Of a DNA stretch of 64,000 nucleotides, positions 31,306-40,619 are shown one piece after another. The position numbers and the translations under genes are program-made. Position 1 is the first letter of the stretch; every line of letters starts with the position of its first letter. The stretch comes from a bacterium. GTDB lineage: Bacteria > Patescibacteriota > Minisyncoccia > Moranbacterales > UBA1568. Where the stretch lies: positions 404,349-468,348 of the forward strand of contig JAKACP010000001.1 in assembly GCA_021821305.1 (NCBI GenBank). Reading direction: 5' to 3'. Below the pieces are notes generated by a model. The model worked only from the letters and a program-made list of their open reading frames with translations. It had not been told where the DNA came from and did no database searches.

Positions 31306-32631
31306 ATGAAGGGGAGACTGCTCATCGCCGAGACGCCGCGGCATATCGGCGAAACCGTGACGATAGCCGGCTGGGTGTCGGTCCGTCGCGATCATGGCAA
31401 GCTCATATTTCTCGATATCCGCGATCGGAGCGGATCGGTGCAGGCGATCGTGCTCCCGTCCGCGGGCCCGGCCTATGAGGCGGCGCAGGAAATCCGGAGC
31501 GAACACGTCGTCGCGATCGAGGGACTCGTGAAGGAACGTCCCGGCGGAGCGGAAAAGGCCGGCTCGGCCCTCGGTGGCATCGAGCTGGAAATCTCCGCGA
31601 TACGGACGATATCCGCTCCGGCGGAGACGCTTCCGTTCGAGATCTCCGTCCCCGAGCTCGACCTCAACCTCGATACGCTGCTCGACCATCGGACGATCGC
31701 GCTCCGGAACGCCAGACTGCAGGCGATCTTCAGGATATATTCCACGATGCTCTCCGCCTATGCCGCGCGGATGCGTGCCGCCGATTTCCTCGAGATCAAG
31801 ACGCCCAAGCTCGTCGGTTCCGCCACCGAAGGCGGCGCCAACTTCTTCACCGTCAACTATTTCGACCGCAAGGCCTATCTCGCGCAGAGCCCGCAATTCT
31901 ACAAGCAGGCGGGCATTTCGATATTCGAGCGGGTATTCGAGGTCGGATCCGTGTTCCGAGCCGAGCCGCACTTCACGACCCGCCATGTCAACGAGTACGT
32001 CGGACTCGACGCCGAACTCGGATTCATCTCGGATTTTTCCGAAGTGATGGACGAGCTCGAGGCGACGATCAAGTACGTGTTCGCGGAAATCGGCAAGGAG
32101 CGAGCCTCGGAACTCGCCCTCTACGGGGCGGCGCTTCCGGCGGATGTGCCGATTCCGCGCCTACGGCTTTCCGAAGCGGTCGATATCCTCAGGGAATCGT
32201 ACGGCAAGGAAATAGAAGGCGGCGACATCGACGCCGAGGGCGAGCGGATGATCGGGGAATACGTGAAGGAGAAATTCGGTTCCGATTTCGTCTTCCTCAC
32301 GCACTATCCGACGGCGCTCCGGCCTTTCTATACCATGCCGAGCGCGGATGACCCGAGCGTGACGGAGAGTTTCGATCTCATCTACCGCGGGCTCGAGATC
32401 GCGAGCGGCGGACAGCGCATCCACGATTACGCACAACTCTCGGAAAGCATCAGGAGCCGCGGCATGAACCCGGACGATTTCGCCTCGTACCTCGACGTGT
32501 TCCGCTACGGGTGCCCGCCGCACGGAGGGTGGGGCCTCGGGTCGGAACGCATCGTCCAGAAGCTCCTCGGCCTCGGAAGCATCAAGGAGGCCATCCTGTA
32601 TCCGCGCGACGTGAAGCGGCTTTCGCCGTAA
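31306..32631 (+). CDS. aspS: Aspartate--tRNA(Asn) ligase, short non-discriminating type
   Basis: OB fold, ATEGGA, YLAQSPQFYKQ, FRAEPH, GGQRIH and PPHGGWGLG motifs; 441 aa. Confidence 0.92.
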   Translation: MKGRLLIAETPRHIGETVTIAGWVSVRRDHGKLIFLDIRDRSGSVQAIVLPSAGPAYEAAQEIRSEHVVAIEGLVKERPGGAEKAGSALGGIELEISAIRTISAPAETLPFEISVPELDLNLDTLLDHRTIALRNARLQAIFRIYSTMLSAYAARMRAADFLEIKTPKLVGSATEGGANFFTVNYFDRKAYLAQSPQFYKQAGISIFERVFEVGSVFRAEPHFTTRHVNEYVGLDAELGFISDFSEVMDELEATIKYVFAEIGKERASELALYGAALPADVPIPRLRLSEAVDILRESYGKEIEGGDIDAEGERMIGEYVKEKFGSDFVFLTHYPTALRPFYTMPSADDPSVTESFDLIYRGLEIASGGQRIHDYAQLSESIRSRGMNPDDFASYLDVFRYGCPPHGGWGLGSERIVQKLLGLGSIKEAILYPRDVKRLSP

Positions 32632-32702
32632 AACCTTCCTGGCTGGATATTTTTCCGAAAGCACGGTACAATGGGGCGTACTTCTTTTGACGTGGAAACC
32701 TG

Positions 32703-33788
32703 ATGGCACGCTCTCTCGACACCCTTAAACGAGGCATTTCCGACGGATTTTTCGGCCGTTTTTCGCTGGACATCGGCATCGATCTCGGTACCGCCAATAC
32801 GCTCGTCTACGTGAAGGGGCGGGGTATCATCATCAACGAGCCTTCGATCGTGGCCGTCAATCAGCGGACGGGACAGATCCTCGCGATCGGCAAACAGGCA
32901 CGGAAGATGGTCGGAAAGACCCCGGCGCATATCGTCGTGACCCGGCCGCTCGTCAACGGCGTCATCTCCGATTTCGAGGTGACCCAGCAGATGCTCCGAT
33001 ACTTCATCGGCAAGGTGCATCAGGGGAACATGATGTTCCTTCGTCGTCCGCGCGTGCTCATCGGTATCCCGTCGGGCGTCACGGAAGTGGAGAAACGCGC
33101 GGTGGTGGAAGCGGCGCAGAACGCGGGCGCGCGCGAGGCGTTTCTCATCGACGAGCCGATGGCGGCCGCGATCGGCGCCCGGCTTCCCGTGACGGAAGCG
33201 GCCGGCAACATGGTCGTCGATATCGGCGGCGGGACGACCGAGATCGCGGTGATCTCGCTCGGCGGCGTCGTCCTGTCGCGCAGTCTCCGGATCGCGGGGG
33301 ACAAGATGAACCAGGACATCGTCCGCTATTGCCGCGACGAGTTCAACCTGCTCGTCGGCGAGCGGACGGCGGAAGAGGCCAAGATCGCCATCGGGAGCGC
33401 TTTCCCGCTCCGCGAGAAGCTCACGATGCCGATACGCGGACGGGACCTCGTCTCCGGACTGCCCAAGGAGGTGATCGTCACCGACGAACATATACGCGAG
33501 GCGCTTTCACACTCGATCCGCGTCATCACCAATACCATCAAGACTATCGTCGAGGAGACGCCGCCGGAGCTCATCTCCGACGTCATGGGGCGTGGCATCA
33601 TCCTCGCCGGCGGCGGCAGTCTGATCCGCGGTATCGACAAGCTGTTCGCCAACCAGACGAGTATCCCGGTCCGGCTCATGGAGGATCCGCTCACCGCCGT
33701 CGTGCGCGGCACGGGTATCGTGCTCGATGACATGGACGGCCTCAAGGAAGTGCTTATCGAGACGGAGTCCGCCGGCGCGCTCCGATAA
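32703..33788 (+). CDS. mreB: Rod shape-determining protein MreB
   Basis: DLGTANT, EPMAAAIGA and DIGGGTTE motifs. Confidence 0.97.
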   Translation: MARSLDTLKRGISDGFFGRFSLDIGIDLGTANTLVYVKGRGIIINEPSIVAVNQRTGQILAIGKQARKMVGKTPAHIVVTRPLVNGVISDFEVTQQMLRYFIGKVHQGNMMFLRRPRVLIGIPSGVTEVEKRAVVEAAQNAGAREAFLIDEPMAAAIGARLPVTEAAGNMVVDIGGGTTEIAVISLGGVVLSRSLRIAGDKMNQDIVRYCRDEFNLLVGERTAEEAKIAIGSAFPLREKLTMPIRGRDLVSGLPKEVIVTDEHIREALSHSIRVITNTIKTIVEETPPELISDVMGRGIILAGGGSLIRGIDKLFANQTSIPVRLMEDPLTAVVRGTGIVLDDMDGLKEVLIETESAGALR

Positions 33789-33812
33789 GAGTCTGTCCGA
33801 TATCTCACTATT

Positions 33813-34631
33813 ATGACGCACTCAAGGGGGTTTTCTCGATCAAAATTGCTTCGGACCCTGATCGCGCTCTCGATACTGATCGGCATCGCGGTGTGGAATC
33901 CGGATCCCGTATCCTCGCTCGTCCGCGGTGTGTTCCATACCGTGCTGTGGCCGTTCGAGAAATCTTTTTCCTTCGTGGCCTTCGAGCTCCGTGACGCCCG
34001 GGACTTCGTCTCGTCCATAGGGGAGCTGAAACGCGAGAACGAGTCGCTCGCCGACGAGAACCTGAAGCTCCGGGCGGAAAACGCGTCGCTCGCGTTCCTT
34101 CGCGATGAGAACGAGGCGCTCCGGAAATCGGCCGGGGTCGAGATCCGGAAAAGATTCGATCTGTTTCCGGGCGAAGTCATCGGCCAGGGTGGCGAGGCGC
34201 AGTTGGGCGCGCTCATCATCGACCGTGGCGCCGTCCACGGGGTCCGGACCGGCATGCCGGCCGTCGTGGGTGAGGGAGTGCTCGTCGGCGTCGTCGACGA
34301 GGTCTATCCGGCGAGTGCCCGGGTGACGCTCCTTTCCAGCTCGCAGAGCACCATCGGGGCGATGACGGTGGAACATTCGGCCAAGGGCATCGCCCGCGGC
34401 GATCGCGGGCTCGGTATCGCCTATGACATGGTGCTCCAGAGCGATACGCTCCGCTCGGGAGACCGGGTCGTCACCTCCGGTGTCGGGGGTTCGATACCGT
34501 CCGGACTGCTCATCGGCACCGTGGGCCAGGTCCGTGACTCCGAGGACCGACTCTTTCGTCGGGCGAATATCGTCCCTCCTATGGATCTCGAATCGCTCCG
34601 GTTCGTCTTTCTCATCAAGGAAACGAAATAA
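33813..34631 (+). CDS. mreC: Rod shape-determining protein MreC
   Basis: TM, coiled coil, IDRG..GV and VVTSG motifs; synteny. Confidence 0.93.
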   Translation: MTHSRGFSRSKLLRTLIALSILIGIAVWNPDPVSSLVRGVFHTVLWPFEKSFSFVAFELRDARDFVSSIGELKRENESLADENLKLRAENASLAFLRDENEALRKSAGVEIRKRFDLFPGEVIGQGGEAQLGALIIDRGAVHGVRTGMPAVVGEGVLVGVVDEVYPASARVTLLSSSQSTIGAMTVEHSAKGIARGDRGLGIAYDMVLQSDTLRSGDRVVTSGVGGSIPSGLLIGTVGQVRDSEDRLFRRANIVPPMDLESLRFVFLIKETK

Positions 34632-34633
34632 GT

Positions 34634-35173
34634 ATGAAAGTCACTTTGGTCCGATTCGTGTCTCTCCTTCTCCTGCTCGCCTTCGGATCGTCGGCGCTTT
34701 CCGTGTTCGCCCCGTCGTTGTCGTCCTTTCCCGTCTTCTTCTTCGCGCTCGCGGTCGCACTCGCGCTGTCCCGAGGATTCTTCGAGGCATTCCCGACCGC
34801 GCTCGTGGCCGGGCTTCTCGTCGACGTCTCGACGCTCGGGCGGATCGGGCTCGGAAGCGCCTTCATCGTCGGACTGGCGTATACGGCGAGTTTTTTCTCG
34901 CGACGGTTCGTCGTCGAGCACGGCGTGATGACCTATCTCTTTTCGGGATTGCTCGTCGGGGCGGTCGCGTTCGTGTATCCTTTTTTCGCCGGAGCCCTCC
35001 TCGACGGCCGCGATTTTTTCGGAGGCGGAGGTGCTTGGGCGCTCTTCTCATGGGGCAACGCGCTCTTCGCGTTCGGAGGCGGCGTCGTCCTCTTTCCGGC
35101 TGCGGCATGGCTCCTCCGCGTGTTCGATGAGCGCACCGCCTACCTCGATTCGCAGAATATCGTCCGCAGATAA
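34634..35173 (+). CDS. mreD: MreD-like membrane protein
   Basis: Hydrophobic protein between mreC and PBP2. Confidence 0.75.
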   Translation: MKVTLVRFVSLLLLLAFGSSALSVFAPSLSSFPVFFFALAVALALSRGFFEAFPTALVAGLLVDVSTLGRIGLGSAFIVGLAYTASFFSRRFVVEHGVMTYLFSGLLVGAVAFVYPFFAGALLDGRDFFGGGGAWALFSWGNALFAFGGGVVLFPAAAWLLRVFDERTAYLDSQNIVRR

Positions 35174-35191
35174 CGGATATCCCTTTTCCCC

Positions 35192-37084
35192 ATGTTCGGA
35201 AAAATACCACAAGATATCGGGAGTGAGATCGACGACGCGGTTCTGACCGTGACCGAAAAGGACGCGGCCAAACTGGAGTGGCCCCTCGATCGGCGATGGG
35301 CCTCGACGTATTTTCTCGTGGGAGCGGCGATCGTCCTACTTCTCTTCGGGAGAGCGGTCTATCTCAACGTGTTCCAAGGCGAGAAATACCGCGCGATCGC
35401 GGAACGCAACAGCGTCCGTCTCGTGCCTCTCCCGACGCCGAGAGGCATCGTGTATGACCGGTTCGGCGTCCCACTCGTCCGCAACCTTCCGAGTATCGAC
35501 GCGGTGCTCGTCCCGTTCGACGCACCGAAGGACACCGCCGGCCGGGAGGAGCTGAAGAGCGCGCTCGAGAGCACGCTTTCCATCGCGCCCGAATCGGTCG
35601 ACGCCGTCTTCGCGCTCGCCGTGAAGAATCCGCTCACGCCGGTACTCCTCAAGAAGAAGCTGTCCCAGGAGGAAGTGATCGCGATCCTGTCCCAGGAGGA
35701 GCGTTTCCCCGGGATCAATCTCTTCAAGTCGGCGTACCGGGAATACATGGACAGCGTCATGTTCTCGCATGTCCTCGGGTATGAGGGGAGGATCAGCGAG
35801 GGAGAATACGCCGCAAGCGCCGAGTCGGAGTATCTGCCCACGGATTCCGTCGGCAAGCAGGGGATCGAGAAGAGCTATGAGCGGGAGCTCCGCGGCGAGC
35901 GCGGATTCGAACGGGTGGAAGTCGACGCGTTCGGCCGACCGAAGAAGGTGCTCGGCACGGTCCAGTCGAAGGCGGGGAGCGATCTCCTTCTCTCCATCGA
36001 CGCCGAATTGCAGAAGCGGTCGTTCGACGCGCTCGCGTCGTTCCTGGAATCCAAGGGCCTCGAACGCGGCGCGGTGATCGCGCTCGATCCGCGCGACGGC
36101 GCGGTGCGCGCGCTCGTATCGATTCCGAGTTTCGACAACAACCTGTTCGCGGAGGGAATCTCTTCCGACGCGTACCGATCGCTCATCGAGGACGAGTCCA
36201 AGCCGCTTTTCAACCGGGCCATCGCCGGAGAGTATCCGCCCGGATCCACGTTCAAGCCGGTCATCGCGTCGGCCGCGCTCTCGGAACGCCTCATAAGCGA
36301 GGACACGCGCATCGAGTCCCGCGGCGGCATAGCGGTCGGCAGCTTTTTCTTCGGTGACTGGAAGGCGCACGGATTCACCGATCTGCGCGGCGCGCTCGCG
36401 GTGTCGAGCGACGTCTACTTCTACTCTATCGGCGGCGGATACGGGGGTATTCCGGGCCTCGGGATAGACCGGATGAAATCATACGCCGAGCGGTTCGGCT
36501 ACGGGAGTCCGTCCGGCATCGATATTCCCGGCGAGGGGGACGGATTTCTCCCCGATGGGGAATGGAAGAAGGAGCGCTTCGGCGAACGCTGGTACATAGG
36601 CGACGACTACCATGCGTCTATCGGGCAGGGTTTCGTCACGGCCACCCCGCTTCAGATCGCGAACTCGGTGGCGGCGATCGCCAACGGCGGCACGGTCTAC
36701 GAGCCGCATATCGTATCGCAGGTGCGCACCGTCGACGGCAAGATATCGGTGAAGGAGCCGAAGGCGATACGATCGGTCGGAATCGACCCGTATATCCTGC
36801 AGGTGGTCCGCGAGGGCATGCGCGAAGCGGTCACCGAGGGGACCGCGCAGTCGCTCGCGAGCCTGCCCGTTCCCGTCGCCGGAAAAACGGGAACCGCGCA
36901 GTTCGGGACGGGCAAGAAGACGCACGGATGGTTCGCTTCCTTCGCGCCCTATGACGAACCGGAGCTCGCCATGATCGTGCTCGTCGAGAACCAGGAAACG
37001 GATACGTACAACGCGGTTCCGGTGACCAAGGAAATCTATGAGTGGTATTTCCGGGAGCGGTCAAAACCGAGGACGGATCCCTGA
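35192..37084 (+). CDS. mrdA: Penicillin-binding protein 2
   Basis: PGSTFK (SxxK), SSD and KTGTAQ motifs. Confidence 0.95.
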   Translation: MFGKIPQDIGSEIDDAVLTVTEKDAAKLEWPLDRRWASTYFLVGAAIVLLLFGRAVYLNVFQGEKYRAIAERNSVRLVPLPTPRGIVYDRFGVPLVRNLPSIDAVLVPFDAPKDTAGREELKSALESTLSIAPESVDAVFALAVKNPLTPVLLKKKLSQEEVIAILSQEERFPGINLFKSAYREYMDSVMFSHVLGYEGRISEGEYAASAESEYLPTDSVGKQGIEKSYERELRGERGFERVEVDAFGRPKKVLGTVQSKAGSDLLLSIDAELQKRSFDALASFLESKGLERGAVIALDPRDGAVRALVSIPSFDNNLFAEGISSDAYRSLIEDESKPLFNRAIAGEYPPGSTFKPVIASAALSERLISEDTRIESRGGIAVGSFFFGDWKAHGFTDLRGALAVSSDVYFYSIGGGYGGIPGLGIDRMKSYAERFGYGSPSGIDIPGEGDGFLPDGEWKKERFGERWYIGDDYHASIGQGFVTATPLQIANSVAAIANGGTVYEPHIVSQVRTVDGKISVKEPKAIRSVGIDPYILQVVREGMREAVTEGTAQSLASLPVPVAGKTGTAQFGTGKKTHGWFASFAPYDEPELAMIVLVENQETDTYNAVPVTKEIYEWYFRERSKPRTDP

Positions 37085-37143
37085 TTGCCGCATCCTCTCA
37101 TGATCTCGTCCATGCTTCCGTATCCGTGTCCGTCCGTACGCTT

Positions 37144-37797
37144 TCAATATCCGACGTAGTACCGTATCTGGGCGCTTTCCTTCAGTCCGGATATCCACAG
37201 CTGGGCTTCCCCCTGGAGTTTCTGCTGTTTGAGGTCCTCTCCGATCTGTCTCCTGAATTCCTCCGTCGGTATCCCTTCCGGCGGAGTGACCCCGGAGTTC
37301 TTCATGTAGGCGTCTATTTCGGCATCTGTCGGGACGGCTTTTTCGGCGAGCAGTTTCTCGATCCTTTTCTGGATGGCGATCTGTTCACGGAGCGTTTCAC
37401 GGGTCATGTCCTGTGCCGCGAGCGCTTCGTCGAGCGTTCCGCCTCCCTGCCCGCCGGAGATCTGCCCTTCGATCTTCCGTATCTCGCCGTCGATCTCGTC
37501 TTCCGTCACGGTGACGTTCCGCCGGTCGAGTTCGGCCTCGATGAGCTTCCTGTCGATCATGGATTCGAGTGCTTCTTTCCCGCTCTGTCGTTCGAGCTCC
37601 CGTATGACGGCGAGCCGGCTGACGGGCGAGCCGTTCACCGTTGCCGCCACCAGGAATCCTTCGGTGAAGAGTATGGCCGCGAGCACGAAAAGCGCCGCGA
37701 TCCCGATGGCGACAAAGACCGGTTTCCGCCCGATCCGACGCGATGACTTCTTTTCTTCCTGATCGGTGTCCCGTTTCGGTTCGTTCGTGTCGTTCAT
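37144..37797 (-). CDS. SurA N-terminal domain foldase
   Basis: TM, then AATVNGSPV..MIDRKLIEAE..VTEDEID; no PPIase domain. Confidence 0.82.
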   Translation of the reverse strand: MNDTNEPKRDTDQEEKKSSRRIGRKPVFVAIGIAALFVLAAILFTEGFLVAATVNGSPVSRLAVIRELERQSGKEALESMIDRKLIEAELDRRNVTVTEDEIDGEIRKIEGQISGGQGGGTLDEALAAQDMTRETLREQIAIQKRIEKLLAEKAVPTDAEIDAYMKNSGVTPPEGIPTEEFRRQIGEDLKQQKLQGEAQLWISGLKESAQIRYYVGY

Positions 37798-37849
37798 GAT
37801 GTCGTGTTCTTATACGTGGTTTATGCTTGGCGGATATTCCGCCTCGTGG

Positions 37850-38401
37850 CTACTTCGTTCCTATCTTGCACATGGACGGGTTTTCTATCTGTCGGGCCGC
37901 GGCATATATGGTCGCGGCGAGGAGCAGCGTTCCGATGACACCGAACTCGCCGCCATCGAGCGGAAGGAGCGCTACCGCGCCCGATGCACCGAGAAGCGAC
38001 AGCGTCCCCGGAAGCAGGAACGATCCGCAAGCCGCGCATCCGACTCCCAGGGCGCCGCTTCCTACTCCGAGGAACCCTGTCAGCATTCCGCCCTGACGGG
38101 TTTTTCCGGTCCGACTCCGGAGGACGTAGGCCGTCATGGCGATATAGATTCCGAACAGGATGGCGATCGCGACCGTGTAGGAAGCCGAGAACGGGGTGAA
38201 GTTCGTCGCGATCGATCCCGAGAGACTCGCGAGCAGGCCGATCTTTTCCGAAACGGGGATGTCAGAGGATCCGATCACGCTCGTGATGAGGGAGATATTG
38301 GGAAGCCACGTGGCGAGGAGGAACATGGCCGCGCTCACGCCCGAGGCAAGCACGACGAAGCGGGGATCCCGGAAGACTTTTTTCAATGCGGGAAGAATCA
38401 T
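37850..38401 (-). CDS. Membrane protein with CxxC motif
   Basis: Several TM helices and GVGCAACG; downstream of DsbA. Confidence 0.75.
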   Translation of the reverse strand: MILPALKKVFRDPRFVVLASGVSAAMFLLATWLPNISLITSVIGSSDIPVSEKIGLLASLSGSIATNFTPFSASYTVAIAILFGIYIAMTAYVLRSRTGKTRQGGMLTGFLGVGSGALGVGCAACGSFLLPGTLSLLGASGAVALLPLDGGEFGVIGTLLLAATIYAAARQIENPSMCKIGTK

Positions 38402-38411
38402 ACGGTTCGCG

Positions 38412-39203
38412 TTACTTTTCTTCCGAGGCGAGTCCGATGAGCCGCTCGATCGCTGTAGCGGTCTGTGCTCCCGAAAGCGGATACTTCTTTCCGTCGGCTC
38501 CCATGACGATGCTCCACGGCGTCCCGTTGCCTCCCGTGGCGACCGCGTCCTGCACATGGCCCTCGATTTTTTCCGCGTATTTTCCGCTCGCGAGACATTC
38601 ATCGAATTTCCCGGTATCAAGCCCGACATATTTTGCGATCTTCGGAAGTTCGGCCGGGTCGAGTCCGTCGTTCGCCGGCGTCACCTCCATGAGGCGGTCG
38701 AGGTACGCCCAAAATGCGTCGTTCCCGCCCAGTTCGGCGGCGCATTCCGTGGCTTCGGCTTCCTTGCGCGCCTTTTGATGTAGCTGGTCTATAGGGAAAT
38801 GCCGGTACACCCATGCGACTTTTCCGTCCTCGGCGTACTTCTCCGTCACCTGTTTCATGGTGAGATGGAACTTCTTGCAGAACGGACACTCGGTGTCCGA
38901 ATATTCGACGATCTTGATGGGTGCGTTCGGATTGCCGCGGATATGGTCCGTCTCCGAGACGGGGGCCATCCGATCGAGCGATGTACCGTCTTCTCCGACA
39001 AGGTCCCGCTCCGCGGCCGCTTCCGTGTCGCCCGCGGTCGTCGGCGCGTTCTTTCCGGACGAATAGACGATCGCTCCGGCGATGAGGATGCCCGAGGCGA
39101 CGATGGCCAGAGGGGACATCAGGTTCTGTCGGTGCGACGCCGCCGGTCGGCTCCGCTCCGCTTCGTGATTTCGGTCCTGATCATTCATAGGTTTTTCTTT
39201 CAT
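38412..39203 (-). CDS. DsbA-family thiol-disulfide oxidoreductase
   Basis: IVEYSDTECPFC, VYRHFP and GTP cis-Pro motifs; N-terminal TM. Confidence 0.92.
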   Translation of the reverse strand: MKEKPMNDQDRNHEAERSRPAASHRQNLMSPLAIVASGILIAGAIVYSSGKNAPTTAGDTEAAAERDLVGEDGTSLDRMAPVSETDHIRGNPNAPIKIVEYSDTECPFCKKFHLTMKQVTEKYAEDGKVAWVYRHFPIDQLHQKARKEAEATECAAELGGNDAFWAYLDRLMEVTPANDGLDPAELPKIAKYVGLDTGKFDECLASGKYAEKIEGHVQDAVATGGNGTPWSIVMGADGKKYPLSGAQTATAIERLIGLASEEK

Positions 39204-39267
39204 GGTTATATGGTCTTCGTCGCCGTTCCGGCGGACATATGGGAAAGATGTTCCGTCGGTAGCGGGT

Positions 39268-39693
39268 TCAACCGCACGGATGAATCTTCGGATTGAGGAT
39301 GCCGCGCGCGAAGGCCAGCTTCAACCGATCGAAAAGGAACGATTCGGGATCTCGGAAGAGCGCGCGTCCGACCGTCGAGGCATGTCGGTCGTACGACCCG
39401 ACCGGAAGGTGCGTGCCGATGGCTACGGAGGCGGCGGTCGCGGACAGGACGAGGAGGATCGAAAGGATCGGATCGGTTTCCGGAAGGGACGAGGTGAACA
39501 GATCTTGTATGGAATATATCCGCTCTGACGACATCGGACAGTCCGCCCGCGTGTCGGAATGGAGCGAGAACCCGGGTTGTTCCTGAGTATGATACGCCGT
39601 CGCGGGCGCCTTCCGTGAGCAGGATACGCTGAAAGTGAGCGCGGAAAGCGCCAGGAAGACCGCCAGGAATCTCATGGGGGAATGGGTGTTCAT
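39268..39693 (-). CDS. Small membrane/exported protein ending ...FARGILNPKIHPCG (putative leader ORF)
   Basis: Signal-like N-terminus, His/Cys segment, second hydrophobic helix; first gene of the DsbA operon. Confidence 0.6.
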   Translation of the reverse strand: MNTHSPMRFLAVFLALSALTFSVSCSRKAPATAYHTQEQPGFSLHSDTRADCPMSSERIYSIQDLFTSSLPETDPILSILLVLSATAASVAIGTHLPVGSYDRHASTVGRALFRDPESFLFDRLKLAFARGILNPKIHPCG

Positions 39694-39823
39694 GGGTCCG
39701 GACATTCTAGCACGATTCGGCGGTATGGGCGAGTGCCCATGATCCGTCGGCAGGGGAGCGCGAGCCATGACGGCCGTGAAAGATGCCTTGCCCCGGGCTT
39801 TCCCCGTATGTCAGGTCATCCGC

Positions 39824-39852
39824 TTGACAGGGGCTCCGATTCTGAATATCAT
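39824..39852 (+). promoter_or_regulatory. Sigma70 promoter for greA
   Basis: TTGACA-17 bp-TATCAT. Confidence 0.7.
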
Positions 39853-39924
39853 TGAGACGATTTTCATCCGATCGTGGCTCGTGCCACGATTTTTACCACC
39901 ATAACACCCTAGTAAAACGACATC

Positions 39925-40380
39925 ATGTCCAGAATTCTCACGCAGGAAGGGATCAAGAAACTCGAAGATGAGCTCGACGATCGCAAGGGTCGAATCCGTC
40001 AGGAGATATCCCAGGCCATCAAGGAGGCGAAGGAACAGGGGGACCTTTCCGAGAACGCCGAGTACAGCGAAGCCAAGCATCAGCAGAACGAGAACGAGAC
40101 GCGCATCCTCGAACTCGAGGCCATGCTCAAGGGCGCGGTGATCGCCGAACCCGCCAAGGGATCGTCACTGGTGCAGATCGGGTCGAACGTCGTCATCGAT
40201 TGCGCCGGCAAGGAGATGAAGTTCGTCATCGTCGGGACGAACGAAGTCGATCCCGCACAGGGAAAGATCTCGGGCGAATCGCCGATCGGCAAGGCGCTCA
40301 TGGGGAAATCGAAGGGCGAGGGCGTCGAGATCGACATCCCGGCCGGAAAGATGAAATGCACGGTCGTTTCCATCGGATAG
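39925..40380 (+). CDS. greA: Transcription elongation factor GreA
   Basis: GDLSENAEY and ISGESPIGKAL motifs. Confidence 0.97.
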   Translation: MSRILTQEGIKKLEDELDDRKGRIRQEISQAIKEAKEQGDLSENAEYSEAKHQQNENETRILELEAMLKGAVIAEPAKGSSLVQIGSNVVIDCAGKEMKFVIVGTNEVDPAQGKISGESPIGKALMGKSKGEGVEIDIPAGKMKCTVVSIG

Positions 40381-40390
40381 ATATCCTACG

Positions 40391-40418
40391 AAAAACCCCC
40401 GGAAGGGGGTTTTCTCTT
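40391..40418 (+). terminator. Intrinsic terminator
   Basis: AAAACCCCC-ggaa-GGGGGTTTT. Confidence 0.75.
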
Positions 40419-40451
40419 GTACTCCGCCCGAGAAACGGCTAGAATGGTCTA

Positions 40452-40614
40452 AGAGCCTGCTGAAAAAGTCCGTATTCTGCTGCAATCCCGGAATTCCGGC
40501 TGCAAAATCCGTGCATCTCGTCGGGTTATATTCCATATAGCCCTCCTCCATCCACGAATTTTTCGCTCGGAATTCCACGATTTCGCGACGAAAGAGACTT
40601 TCTCAACAGGCTCT
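40452..40614. mobile_element. MITE-like element (163 bp)
   Basis: Terminal inverted repeats AGAGCCTGCTGAAAAAGTC / GACTTTCTCAACAGGCTCT (17/19 match); no ORF. Confidence 0.75.
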
Positions 40615-40619
40615 GGGTA

